DNA of 64,000 nt from Nanobdellota archaeon. Lineage in GTDB: Archaea; Nanobdellota; Nanobdellia; Parvarchaeales; Parvarchaeaceae. The translations under genes and the position numbers were made by a program. The stretch lies in assembly GCA_021800365.1 (NCBI GenBank), contig JAJYZA010000001.1, forward strand, positions 147,377-211,376, given 5' to 3'. The notes beneath the pieces are model-generated. The model saw only the letters and a list, made by a program, of their open reading frames with translations, was not told the origin of the DNA and made no database searches. Of this stretch, positions 18,691-28,858 are shown piece by piece. Positions within the stretch are counted from its first letter, which is position 1, and every line of letters begins with the position of its first letter.

Positions 18691-19200
18691 TCATCTAGCG
18701 ATCCCGGCCACTTCATTAAGCTCTTTAATCCGTATAGCGGCCTTGCCTCGTATAGGGAAATGCATAACAAAGACTCTCGAGTTAAAAAGATTATATTGCC
18801 AGCCAAATTCGACCGCCTTTTTGCCTATAAATTTCTGGAAAGTTATCTTGCCTATAAAACACACAACCTTCGGAACTTTATTTCTTATGACGCGGATAAT
18901 ACGCTGTCTCCCGATAATCTCTTCGCCATTTCTTAATTCGCTAACGTCGCGTGAGGGTCTATCAACAATATTCAATAGGCCCAAGTGATATATATTAGAA
19001 AACTTGTTCAAGTATATTTTCTTAAGTTTTGTATCATTCTTAAGTTCTTCACGAGTTTCATCTATTATCCCGCTAGAATTTAACAGATACCAAAAGCTCT
19101 TGTTATTCGAAAACGGCACGCCCCTTCTAAAAGACCCATAATGCGGATTTATGCCGATAAAAAGTATCTTTGCGTGATACGGCACATAATATTTTATCAT
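18691..19200 (-). CDS. Uracil-DNA glycosylase superfamily, Mug/TDG-like (family 2) mismatch glycosylase
   Basis: ILFIGINPHYGS...FSNNKSFW, LNIVDRPS and HFPIRGKA align to the Mug motifs GINPG..S...N.FW, LVDRPT and V.P.PSG. Confidence 0.65.
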   Translation of the reverse strand: MIKYYVPYHAKILFIGINPHYGSFRRGVPFSNNKSFWYLLNSSGIIDETREELKNDTKLKKIYLNKFSNIYHLGLLNIVDRPSRDVSELRNGEEIIGRQRIIRVIRNKVPKVVCFIGKITFQKFIGKKAVEFGWQYNLFNSRVFVMHFPIRGKAAIRIKELNEVAGIAR

Positions 19201-19240
19201 TGTAGTACCCTTTAAATTCTAATTTACACTAGTAAATTAT

Positions 19241-22200
19241 ATGACTTATATAAAAGAAGTAGAACTAGATAATTTTAAATCTTTTGCTGGCCACACGAAA
19301 TTTGTATTTATAAAAGGATTTAATATAATCGCCGGTGCAAATGGTTCTGGTAAAAGTAATCTTATAGATGCTTTGATGTTCGTATTGGGTGCCACCTCAA
19401 AAAAAGAGATGCGAAGTGAACTTCTTACAGATTTAATCTTTAATGGAGGTAAAATTCAGAAGCCTTCAGAATTTGCAAAGGTTAACATAGTTTTAGATAA
19501 CTCGGATAAAACATTCTCGGCTTACGAAGAAGGCGAGGTTTCAATAAGCAGAAAAATAGATGAAAGCGGAAAAAGCGTATTTCGAATAAATGGAAAGGCG
19601 TCTACACGGGAAGAGATTCTTAATATATTGTCTATAATCAAAGTAAACCAAGACAGTTTTAATATAATTCCACAGGGAAAGATAGCCGAAATAGCTGGCT
19701 CATCTCCAGAACAGCGACTTCAGATAATAAACGATCTTTCGGGCATAAGTGTATTCGAAGAAAAAAAATCTAAGGCGCTCAATGAGATGAAAAAAGTGCA
19801 GGAAAATATAGAAACTGCTGAAACTGTTTTGAAAGAGAAAAAACAATTGATGGCTCAACTTGAAAGAGAAAAAGGCCGCGCCGAAGAATTCAAAAATTTA
19901 AGCGCTGAAGTTGCAATTCTCCAGTCAAAGCTTGTTACTATAAAAAAGATTCGCGTATCTGAAAGCAGAAATGACATAATAAAAAGAATAAATGAATTAG
20001 AAAATAAAAATGTGGGTTTCTCACAAAAAAAGACAGACTTAACAAAGAGACTAACAGATATTAAACATGAGATAAACGAGATAAATACTAAAACTGAATC
20101 TGCGGGGGAAAAAGAGATAATTGAAGCGGAGAACCTATCAAAATCTCTTGATTTAGAACTTTCAAAATTAAGGATAGTCGCAACTACGGATAAAGAGCAG
20201 ATAGACAAACTCTCTGTCAGTATATCAGATTTAGACAAAAATATCAAAGAAATATCGTCTTCGGCAGAAAAGGAAACTGAAGAAACAATAACGATAAAAA
20301 ATAAGATTTACCAACTAAGCGCGAAACGTAGAGAATTTACAGAAGCGACTGCTAAGGCCGAAAGATACTTTAAAGAAAAAAGCGAAATGGAACATCGACT
20401 TAGCGAGATTAGCAATAGGATATATGAATACCGGCTCGCACTCGCAAATTACCCAAAAAGTGCCGAACTTCAATCTAAATTGAGTGCTCTTAATCAAGAA
20501 AGGTCCCGATTGGAATCCGAGATTAAAGAGATGACATTTAGTTATTCTAAAGAAAAAATAGTAGTGGATAAGCTTAAGGCAGATATAAGACGCGAAGCAG
20601 ACCAATTATATATATTAAAAGAGAAGCTCCTTACACAAAAAACGCTTCTAACTACAAAAAACAGGGCGGTTGAAGCGGCCGATCGCTTAAAAAAAGAAAT
20701 AAGCGGGGTATATGGGACGATAAACGAACTTTTTGTAGTTAAAGAAGAAAGACATAAAAGTGCAATATCTAACTCTCTAGGCCGCAGAGGAGACTTTATA
20801 GTTGTAAAAGACGAACATGTTGCTACTGAGTGTATAAATAAGCTAAAAAAAGAGCGATTGGGGCGTTATAATTTTATACCGTTAAATAAGATAGTACAAA
20901 TGGGAATTGGCGCAAGACCTGAATTACCCTTTGTAATAGATTATACAATAAACTTAGTGCGCTTCGATACGAAATTCAGTTTGGCAATGCAATTCGCCTT
21001 TGGAGATACACTCCTCGTAGATTCCTTTGAAAATGCAAAAACCGCAATAAATAGATATAGGATGGTTACACTTGATGGAACTATATTAGAAAAAAGCGGG
21101 GTTATCTCCGGCGGATCGCATGAAAATCTTGATTTCTCTAGTATAAGCAATAATTACAAAGAGATTAATGAAAGAATCATCATACATTCGAAGATAAAAG
21201 AAAACTATGAAAACGCGCTCCCAGAAAAAGAGGCAACAGTAACCTTCCTCCTATCAAAAATAAAATCTTATGAAAAGGATCTTGAGGATATTCTGATTAA
21301 GATAAATAGCATAACTAAAGAACTATCTAATTTCCAGGGAACCGAATCTGACATCTTAAATGCAATAAATACCGCTGAATCCGAAAAGGCGGATACGGAG
21401 AAAAAATTAAAGGACTTGGACCGAGATAAATTTGAAAAAGTGAATTATAAAAAAGACATAGAAATGTTAGATAAGCAATTAAATGATTTACAAATAAGAT
21501 TGGGCACGACAATAAATAATTTAGAGCACGTATTTAAATCCGGGCTAGAAAATCTACAAAAAAGAAGATCGGAATTAGAAAAAGAAAAGATAAAATTCGA
21601 GAAAGAAGTGATTGACATTGAGAATAAGATAAATGACAATCAAAAGAAACTGGAAGCCGTATTTACGGATTTAAACAAAAAATCAGCTGCTATAGTTGCT
21701 CTTAGAGAAAAGCGTGGGGAATTAAATAAAGAAGCCATAGGTATAGAAGAAAGTTTAGGTGAAGTTAACGCGTCCGAGAGAGCTACTTATGATGCCCTAA
21801 ACAGATTAAAAATTGAAGAAGCCGGATTAAATGTAAAACTAGAAACTGTCGAAGAAGAATTTAATAAATATTTTGTGCGGGGCACAGTCTTAAACGAAGA
21901 AGACACTGCTGAAGAACTAAGTAAAAAACTGGACTCGTCTAAAAAGAAAGTCGACTCTTTTGGTCCAATAAACGAACTGGCGCTTGAAACCTTCAATAAC
22001 GTATCTTCTGAATACACCGAGGGGAGTGACAAGTTAATTAAGTTAAATGAAGAAAGAGAGCGCATCCTTGCAGTTATAAAAGATATAGAAAACAAGAAGC
22101 TAGAAACATTTATGAAGACCCTTTTAGATATAAACACGATACTGTCTAATGTTTTCAATTCTATAACTGGTGGGAAAGCCGAGATGGTGCCGGATAACCA

Positions 22201-22573
22201 ACAAGATATCTTTGGCGGCGGATTAGATATAAAAATCGAATTGCCTAACAAAAAGATACATAATATAAGGGGATTGAGCGGCGGGGAAATATCAATCCTC
22301 TCTATAGCTATACTCATGTCAATATCAAAATACATTGATGTACCATTTTATGTGTTGGATGAAGTTGACGCGGCACTAGATTCTGTAAACTCAGCAAAAT
22401 TCTCTAGTCTTGTTAAGGCTTATTCAGAAACAACGCAGTTCATTGTAATAACACACAACGAAACGACTCTACTTAATGCAGATGTTATATATGGTGTGAC
22501 CATGAGCGAGAGTGGCATAAGTAGAATTGTCGGTGTAAAACCACCAAAGGAAGTCTCGCGAGCTACTGGCTAG
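19241..22573 (+). CDS. smc: Chromosome segregation protein SMC
   Basis: It has the N-terminal Walker A GANGSGKSNLIDAL, long coiled coils, a hinge, and the C-terminal signature LSGGE...DEVDAALD. Confidence 0.95.
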   Translation: MTYIKEVELDNFKSFAGHTKFVFIKGFNIIAGANGSGKSNLIDALMFVLGATSKKEMRSELLTDLIFNGGKIQKPSEFAKVNIVLDNSDKTFSAYEEGEVSISRKIDESGKSVFRINGKASTREEILNILSIIKVNQDSFNIIPQGKIAEIAGSSPEQRLQIINDLSGISVFEEKKSKALNEMKKVQENIETAETVLKEKKQLMAQLEREKGRAEEFKNLSAEVAILQSKLVTIKKIRVSESRNDIIKRINELENKNVGFSQKKTDLTKRLTDIKHEINEINTKTESAGEKEIIEAENLSKSLDLELSKLRIVATTDKEQIDKLSVSISDLDKNIKEISSSAEKETEETITIKNKIYQLSAKRREFTEATAKAERYFKEKSEMEHRLSEISNRIYEYRLALANYPKSAELQSKLSALNQERSRLESEIKEMTFSYSKEKIVVDKLKADIRREADQLYILKEKLLTQKTLLTTKNRAVEAADRLKKEISGVYGTINELFVVKEERHKSAISNSLGRRGDFIVVKDEHVATECINKLKKERLGRYNFIPLNKIVQMGIGARPELPFVIDYTINLVRFDTKFSLAMQFAFGDTLLVDSFENAKTAINRYRMVTLDGTILEKSGVISGGSHENLDFSSISNNYKEINERIIIHSKIKENYENALPEKEATVTFLLSKIKSYEKDLEDILIKINSITKELSNFQGTESDILNAINTAESEKADTEKKLKDLDRDKFEKVNYKKDIEMLDKQLNDLQIRLGTTINNLEHVFKSGLENLQKRRSELEKEKIKFEKEVIDIENKINDNQKKLEAVFTDLNKKSAAIVALREKRGELNKEAIGIEESLGEVNASERATYDALNRLKIEEAGLNVKLETVEEEFNKYFVRGTVLNEEDTAEELSKKLDSSKKKVDSFGPINELALETFNNVSSEYTEGSDKLIKLNEERERILAVIKDIENKKLETFMKTLLDINTILSNVFNSITGGKAEMVPDNQQDIFGGGLDIKIELPNKKIHNIRGLSGGEISILSIAILMSISKYIDVPFYVLDEVDAALDSVNSAKFSSLVKAYSETTQFIVITHNETTLLNADVIYGVTMSESGISRIVGVKPPKEVSRATG

Positions 22574-23369
22574 AATAATTCTCTTTTATATATTGAATAA
22601 GATCGCTTAACTCATTTACGTTCAATTTTTTGACTTCTTTATCTTTAAATGGCAGGGAACTCACATCCAAACCATTAAAATAAGTTTTGCTTTCCCTTTT
22701 TGTTTTGTTAAACGCCGTCTGCTGTGTTCTTAGCAACGCATTCTTAACTGTCATATCGTCCTTAAGCAATACGCTTTGTAAAAAATCTTTATCTTTTCTA
22801 ATTATTTTAACCATCTTGCTAGTAACTCTCGGTACGGGATAAAAAGCTTGTTTTGGTACGTCCATTATTGGCAAAAACTTAAAAAAGGCATTTTGTACCA
22901 ATGTAAACTTATTACTTACTTTCTCAGATGATAATCTCTGAGAAATTGTATTTGGCAGTATCATTATTCCAGATTCAAATTCATAATGGGTTAATTTATT
23001 CAATATCCTGTCCACTATAGGGTACGGTGGATTTGAGATAACCTTATTAAAATAAGGAATAATCATTTTTAATATGTCTGCATTTATCAGTTTAACCCTA
23101 TCATTTAATTCATATTTGTTTATAAGATATGAAAACATTTTTACATCTTTTTCGACCGCAATAGCTCTTGATTTTTTAATTATCTCATCTAAAACCGAGC
23201 CAAAACCTGCCCCTATCTCTAAAACTATGTCATTTGAACTTAATCCTGCTTCTTCAACTTCAAAATTTATTATGTTTTCATCGACAAGAAAATTTTGCCC
23301 GAAAACGTCATTCTGCGCAACGCCAGTCTCCTCCACTAGGCGCATCGTTCTATTGAGCAAATCGCTCAT
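22563..23369 (-). CDS. rsmA: 16S rRNA (adenine1518/1519-N6)-dimethyltransferase KsgA/RsmA (Dim1)
   Basis: It has GQNFLVDENI and the SAM motif VLEIGAGFGS. Confidence 0.8.
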   Translation of the reverse strand: MSDLLNRTMRLVEETGVAQNDVFGQNFLVDENIINFEVEEAGLSSNDIVLEIGAGFGSVLDEIIKKSRAIAVEKDVKMFSYLINKYELNDRVKLINADILKMIIPYFNKVISNPPYPIVDRILNKLTHYEFESGIMILPNTISQRLSSEKVSNKFTLVQNAFFKFLPIMDVPKQAFYPVPRVTSKMVKIIRKDKDFLQSVLLKDDMTVKNALLRTQQTAFNKTKRESKTYFNGLDVSSLPFKDKEVKKLNVNELSDLIQYIKENYSSQ

Positions 23370-23371
23370 AG

Positions 23372-23662
23372 CTAACTCTTCTCTTTTGGAGCCCTAACTT
23401 TAAATTGTTCGATTTTAAATTCAGTTGAACATTTTTTGCAGGAGAATATTATGTAGTTCTTATTTTTGCCATTTTCTCTTATATTTCTTATCTCTTTTTT
23501 TCCACTAAAGGCATTTTTAAAACCACAGACGGGGCAAGTAAAATCGAATGTAAATGTCGGGTCGGTTTTTAATCTGTAAATAATAACACGTTCTATCTTA
23601 TTATCTGCTGTAATAATTGATTTCTTAAAAAAACTACAATCATTTAAATCTGGCAATCCCAT
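23372..23662 (-). CDS. C4 zinc-ribbon protein with Elf1-like Cys arrangement
   Basis: The pattern FTCPVCG...x24...FSCKKCSTEF compares with Elf1 FNCLFCNH...LSCKICGQSF. Confidence 0.3.
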   Translation of the reverse strand: MGLPDLNDCSFFKKSIITADNKIERVIIYRLKTDPTFTFDFTCPVCGFKNAFSGKKEIRNIRENGKNKNYIIFSCKKCSTEFKIEQFKVRAPKEKS

Positions 23663-23745
23663 ATTTTAGATTAGCATTTTAGATTTTTAAACTTAAAACG
23701 TGCGGCTTAATTTAAAAATAAACATAAAAATCAGCCTTTAAATCT

Positions 23746-25251
23746 TTATTGAACGGCGCCGAATGTTGCTGTGGGCATGACAGCATTTGGAGGATAGGCC
23801 TGTGCAAAAACGTATTGGTAAATAGCTGTATCGAGATAGCCACCGGATGCGGCCCAAACAGATAGATAATATGGAGAAAACGTGTTTGTAGAGTCGGATA
23901 TGGCTTCTTGAGTATTAGAGATTACGGCGAGTTCATGCCCGGTCGCATTCCATCCAACGCCTATTGAAGCTGGTGAAGATGGAGCGGCTTGATTATATGA
24001 ATTTAAACCACCACAGTTGCTGTTTTGTGTAGTTAAGTATACCGTAGAACCCCCCTGATCAAGCGAATAAGACTCATTTACCGGAACGTTGTCTCCGCAA
24101 GCAGATGACGGCAAGGTATTCGTTAATGAGACCGCCATTCCAGCGGGGGGAATGCCGCCATTAGAAGAATAATAGAAGCCAATCGCATTAAAAATAAGCG
24201 GAGTACTAAAGGTCTGCTTAGAAAATAAGGCTATGGCTGAATAAGCTGCCGACTCCGCCAATGTTAGATTATTGGACAACTGATAAGAGGCTGTGCCATA
24301 ACTGCTAGAGCTCCATTTAGTACCATTTAAAGTGGTGCCATTAAAATTATCATAGAAATAAAAAACGTTCTGACCATTATCATATTTTGCATATGTCTGG
24401 GAAAGAGTCGGTGCCTCACCGACGTTGCTTGCATTGAATATCTTTGTCGTCTTGGATGCAAAACCCATGGCCACATCAGTTATGGCTTTGTTTGCAGGGA
24501 CTCCATTGGGAAGCTTTATCCAGAAGATAGCATAATTTGGAGTATAGCGCTCTAACCAAGAATCTATAACTGTATCAGAGGTGGTATTAAAAAATTCTAT
24601 GTTCTGGAAACTATATTTTCCCGTAAGGTTGGCGTATGCAGAATATACAGAGGAAGAGACATTTATCATTTGCTGAAAGGGACTTGGAGTGGATAAAGCC
24701 TGGGCATTATCTATTGTTATTTGGCTATAATTCTTGATATTCGCCGGCAGATTATTTGAAGATACGCTTGCTGCGGCAAAGCCTTCTACTGAACCTGATG
24801 AGGAAGATAGAGTACTGCCTAATGCACCATTATTGTAACTGTACCATATTCTTATTTCAGCATTGTATGTAGAACCCGGCGTTGAGCAGGTGGAGGAAAA
24901 GGTTAAAGTTTTTGAATATCCACTATTTATTGCACCGGGACTTGACGAGATTATTGAGGTTCCATTCATGCCCGACTCTGAAACTATCGACGCATTTATT
25001 ATTGTTGCTTGACCTGACAGGCCCGGCAATCCCCCTAGTAATATGCTTATCTCAAATCCATTATCTGTACAAGCCTGACCATTTATTGTGAATGGGGCTA
25101 AACCAGTAGACACTGTACTTACGCTTCTTGACGGCGTGAATATACCTAGACTATATAATATTGCCGCTATTATCACTATGATCAATATAGCCCAGCCATA
25201 GGTCATCATGTACTCCAACGCTGACTGGGACTGCTTAGTTTTAAGTACCAC
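23746..25251 (-). CDS. Large pilin-like/surface protein with canonical euryarchaeal class III signal peptide
   Basis: The N-terminus is KTKQSQSALEYMMTYGWAILIIVIIAAIL (QSAxEY motif). The remaining 470 aa are Ser/Thr/Asn/Gly-rich. Confidence 0.55.
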   Translation of the reverse strand: MVLKTKQSQSALEYMMTYGWAILIIVIIAAILYSLGIFTPSRSVSTVSTGLAPFTINGQACTDNGFEISILLGGLPGLSGQATIINASIVSESGMNGTSIISSSPGAINSGYSKTLTFSSTCSTPGSTYNAEIRIWYSYNNGALGSTLSSSSGSVEGFAAASVSSNNLPANIKNYSQITIDNAQALSTPSPFQQMINVSSSVYSAYANLTGKYSFQNIEFFNTTSDTVIDSWLERYTPNYAIFWIKLPNGVPANKAITDVAMGFASKTTKIFNASNVGEAPTLSQTYAKYDNGQNVFYFYDNFNGTTLNGTKWSSSSYGTASYQLSNNLTLAESAAYSAIALFSKQTFSTPLIFNAIGFYYSSNGGIPPAGMAVSLTNTLPSSACGDNVPVNESYSLDQGGSTVYLTTQNSNCGGLNSYNQAAPSSPASIGVGWNATGHELAVISNTQEAISDSTNTFSPYYLSVWAASGGYLDTAIYQYVFAQAYPPNAVMPTATFGAVQ

Positions 25252-25308
25252 ACTAAAAAGATTGCTTGTTTAAATAAAAGGTTATCTATTGCAGGAGATG
25301 CGTAAGAA

Positions 25309-26178
25309 TCAACCGCCTATAAGATCGAAAACTGTTTCCAACTGTGCCTTTCTTGCTTCTAGCTTAATCTTTAGCTCTTTGTATTGTTCTTCGCTTATTT
25401 TTCCGGAAACGAAATTTCTCTCAAGATCCGCGGATTCTTTCTCTACGTCGCGAAGCTTAGAGCTTACGTTTTGTACGCCGCTTCTCGTACTTAATGAAAG
25501 CGCACTACTGACACTCTGATTCATCTGTCGCTTATTTAGTTTATTCGCGTATTTTCTGGAAAGTTCACTATACAATTCAGTCATGTCATTTTCAAGTCTA
25601 GCATAGGAGTCTTTGTCTTTAAACTGACAGTCTCCTGCAAGTACGACCCTAACATTGGCTGATTCTTCCGTCGGATCATATATGCCTATTATCTTAGCCC
25701 AAAGAAAAATCGGTACTATCTCTCTTATTGCAAAAAACAGCACCGCGAGCAAGAAAAGCGCTATTGTCGAGTATACTAAAAAGTTCGATGGCTGGTAAGA
25801 AAACGATGTCAATGTTCCATAGACTTGGTCCCTATACGACAAAAGTAGAGCAAAAAGGAAGATTATCCCGACTATTAAGCATGCTTTCCATAAAACCGGA
25901 TATTTCGAACCCTTTACATTGTCCTTGGCCGCCTTGACTAAAACGCGCATCGGTTTCGCATTACCGCCGCGAAAAGTTTCCTCTAGCTCGGTGTCCTCGA
26001 ATTTAGACATTTCATTTAGCAGAATCTTATAATCCATGTCTGCCATCGACTCCGAAATTTCATTTCTCAGTTCCTGTGGATCATCACTCTTAATGTACAA
26101 ATCATAGAATACATGATGTGCTTCTAAATTATCCGTTACGAACTCTTTCTCATAGTTTCTTATATTGAAGCCAAACAT
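25309..26178 (-). CDS. Membrane protein with C-terminal SHOCT-like motif
   Basis: It has a soluble N-domain, then 2-3 TM helices, then the C-terminal GKISEEQYKELKIKLE, which fits the SHOCT consensus. Confidence 0.4.
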   Translation of the reverse strand: MFGFNIRNYEKEFVTDNLEAHHVFYDLYIKSDDPQELRNEISESMADMDYKILLNEMSKFEDTELEETFRGGNAKPMRVLVKAAKDNVKGSKYPVLWKACLIVGIIFLFALLLSYRDQVYGTLTSFSYQPSNFLVYSTIALFLLAVLFFAIREIVPIFLWAKIIGIYDPTEESANVRVVLAGDCQFKDKDSYARLENDMTELYSELSRKYANKLNKRQMNQSVSSALSLSTRSGVQNVSSKLRDVEKESADLERNFVSGKISEEQYKELKIKLEARKAQLETVFDLIGG

Positions 26179-26300
26179 AGTATATTGTCGCAGTATTCAA
26201 ATAAATATGTTAAAAACGCCCTGGTCTAATCGAATCTTCACCACAATAAAACATGTATTTTATTTGTTATATGCAAAGTTTGTTGTATAGCGCAATTATC

Positions 26301-26308
26301 TTATAAAT
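26301..26308 (+). promoter_or_regulatory. Putative TATA box (TTATAAAT) for nuoJKLMN, close enough to ATG to suggest leaderless transcript
   Basis: It sits 29 nt upstream of the nuoJ ATG at 26337. Confidence 0.3.
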
Positions 26309-26336
26309 ATCAAAATACTTAATTTAGTATATTTAT

Positions 26337-26813
26337 ATGGATTTAGGTTCATTTGGATTTTTTGTAATATCTGCTGTTCTGATAGCTACGGCGGCGGCAA
26401 CGGTAGAAAGCCGACGCCTCGTGCATTATATACTGTTTTTATTTATGTTTTTAGTCACTGTGGCGGCGCTTTTTATCTACTTAAATGCTGTGTTCCTAGG
26501 TGTAGCGGAACTCATAATCTACAACGGGGGTATAGTTTTACTTCTAGCAATAGGTATAAGTCTAATGCCGGAAGGAGTCCTTCAACCCGGCGATAAAAAG
26601 TATATTTTAATCATACCCATTATAATCCTCGGATTACTATCGGTTCTTTTATTAAATTATAACCCAAACACGATTAATGGCGGTTTTGATTATTCCGGAT
26701 TCGGTCTTTATTTCTTCCAGGATTATGCGATTATTATTGCGGTCCTGGGTGTAACATCTGTTGTTAGCTTATTGTCGGCGATTTACTTTATAAGCAAGGA
26801 GGACCGACAATGA
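26337..26813 (+). CDS. nuoJ: NADH-quinone oxidoreductase subunit J (NuoJ/ND6-like)
   Basis: It is a 158-aa polytopic protein with the ND6-like pattern YLNAVFLGVAELIIYNGGIVLL. It is the first of a five-gene overlapping array. Confidence 0.6.
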   Translation: MDLGSFGFFVISAVLIATAAATVESRRLVHYILFLFMFLVTVAALFIYLNAVFLGVAELIIYNGGIVLLLAIGISLMPEGVLQPGDKKYILIIPIIILGLLSVLLLNYNPNTINGGFDYSGFGLYFFQDYAIIIAVLGVTSVVSLLSAIYFISKEDRQ

Positions 26814-27112
26814 TACCTTATAATTATTTTGCTATATTATCAGTTATACTCTTCGCTATAGCGATTTACGGTATTCTTGCAAAAAGGAATGGGATAACTC
26901 TAGTTATCTCCGCCGAGATAATAATAAACGCTGCGCTGATAAATTTTGTCGGGGCGAGCGAGGTATTCAATTCCTATGACGGTGCAAGTTATGCGCTCAT
27001 TATATTAATAATGGCTGTAATAGAAACAGTGGTCTTTATCGCGATGTTGATAATATTGTCCAAAAAAACTGGTTCTGTATCGCTATCAAAGTTAAGAAAG
27101 TTCAGAGGATAG
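26810..27112 (+). CDS. nuoK: NADH-quinone oxidoreductase subunit K (NuoK/ND4L)
   Basis: 100 aa with 3 TM helices. Confidence 0.65.
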   Translation: MIPYNYFAILSVILFAIAIYGILAKRNGITLVISAEIIINAALINFVGASEVFNSYDGASYALIILIMAVIETVVFIAMLIILSKKTGSVSLSKLRKFRG

Positions 27113-27115
27113 ATT

Positions 27116-28858
27116 ATGTTATACTTAATAATATTGCCGATGTTAGCATCGCTGGTTATTATACCCCTAATCGGCGAGAGGGTCATAAAGAGCTATCTCA
27201 TTGCAATAGCGGCCACTATAATTTCGCTAGTTACTTCAATTATTTTTTCCGTCGCTTACTTCGGTACGTCGATTGTGGAGAGTTTTCCTTGGATTGGCAG
27301 TGCATTTTCTTTATCTTTGATCGGCAGTAACCTTACTCTCACTTCGGCTGTGCTCGTCTCGTTCGTTTCGCTCATGGTATTGCTATTTTCAGTATTTTAC
27401 ATGAAAAAAGAGCCGCAAGAGCGCTATTATACGGAAATGTCTTTGTTTATAGCATCGATGCTGGGCTTAGTTCTTTCTGGAAGCTTATTGTTATTTTATA
27501 TATTTTGGGAATTAGTCGGAGTAAGTTCATATCTTCTCATAGGGTTTTGGTATAAAAAAGAACGCGCTGTTGCCGCAGGAAAAAAGGCGTTAGTGATGAC
27601 TAGAATAGGCGATGTCGCATTTCTTGCTGCGCTAGCAGTAATATTTATTAACCTAAATACGTTTTCTATATCTACGATATTACAATCATTAACCAATCTA
27701 TCGCAGCCATTGCTACTGCTTATTTCATCGTTAATAATAATTGCGGCGTTATCAAAGTCTGCTCAATTTCCGTTTTATACCTGGCTTCCAGATGCAATGG
27801 AAGGTCCGACACCGGTTAGTGCCCTACTTCATTCAGCAACAATGGTGGCAGCCGGCGCTTATCTACTAATTTTATTATCACCGCTTATAACGGCTGCTGG
27901 ACTTGATATAATCATAACGATAGTCGGCTTATTGACTGCTTTTTTGGCGGCTTTACTTGCCCTAAATAATACACATTTCAAGAGGATACTCGCTTATTCG
28001 ACAATAGAAAGCTTAGCATTTATGTTTATGGCAATCGGCACTGTTAATACTGCCGGCGCGATGTTTTACTTGATAACGCATGCGCTATTCAAGTCACTTC
28101 TATTCTTCGTGTCTGGCGTGTTAGCGGTAACGCTTGGAATACAAGATATATACGCTTTAAGATCAAAGCGCCTGCTTTCAAGCTGGCTCAGTATCCCTGC
28201 CGCGATAGGTTTTGCATCGCTTGCTGGACTTCCGCCATTTATGAGCTTTTTTGCGCATGCCTCATTAACAATCGGGTTTAATCTTTATGAAAGCATTTTG
28301 TTTGTAATAATAGCGTTCCTAACTGCGCTATTCTCTTTTAGAGCATTCTTTCTTATATTCAATAAGAGATCAAATCAAAAAATCGAAATGCGGTTCTCAG
28401 CGGCCATTCCTATATACATATTAGCGTCGTTGTCTGCTGCCGGAGGCGCAATTGTCATAGTATTTAATAGGGTACTCCTTAATTTTGCTTACTCCATTGA
28501 TATTTTTACTCTTGCTACCATTATGAGCACGATCATTGGCATCGTTATTGCATATGAGCTATTCTATCTGAATAGAATAGATAAATTATATTCTATACGG
28601 CATATTACAGATAAATTAATATCCAGAATCAGTTACGATTCACTTATTACAGATGTAGGGAACTTAGTAGTTCATATGGGCAACGTAGTCGCAAAATTTG
28701 ATGCGCTAATGTCTAGGTTCTACGAAGGCTCAGCCTATACTGCTCTGTTTATGTCTTCAAAATCCAGAAAGTTGGAGAATGGTGATACGCACAGCTATAT
28801 AATCGCGATATTGATCGGAGCTATAGCTATCCTTGCTGTTGCCACTGTCTTTATATGA
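27116..28858 (+). CDS. nuoL: NADH-quinone oxidoreductase subunit L (NuoL/ND5 antiporter-like)
   Basis: WLPDAMEGPTPVSALLHSATMVAAGAYLL is the conserved ND5/MrpA motif. 580 aa. Confidence 0.85.
   Translation: MLYLIILPMLASLVIIPLIGERVIKSYLIAIAATIISLVTSIIFSVAYFGTSIVESFPWIGSAFSLSLIGSNLTLTSAVLVSFVSLMVLLFSVFYMKKEPQERYYTEMSLFIASMLGLVLSGSLLLFYIFWELVGVSSYLLIGFWYKKERAVAAGKKALVMTRIGDVAFLAALAVIFINLNTFSISTILQSLTNLSQPLLLLISSLIIIAALSKSAQFPFYTWLPDAMEGPTPVSALLHSATMVAAGAYLLILLSPLITAAGLDIIITIVGLLTAFLAALLALNNTHFKRILAYSTIESLAFMFMAIGTVNTAGAMFYLITHALFKSLLFFVSGVLAVTLGIQDIYALRSKRLLSSWLSIPAAIGFASLAGLPPFMSFFAHASLTIGFNLYESILFVIIAFLTALFSFRAFFLIFNKRSNQKIEMRFSAAIPIYILASLSAAGGAIVIVFNRVLLNFAYSIDIFTLATIMSTIIGIVIAYELFYLNRIDKLYSIRHITDKLISRISYDSLITDVGNLVVHMGNVVAKFDALMSRFYEGSAYTALFMSSKSRKLENGDTHSYIIAILIGAIAILAVATVFI

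Noticed and set aside
19855-22335. Several antisense ORFs inside smc (19855-20247, 20315-20605, 20941-21150, 21327-21639, 21787-22335)
   Set aside because: SMC coiled-coil regions are AT/AAG-rich, giving long spurious antisense frames. None has recognisable features.
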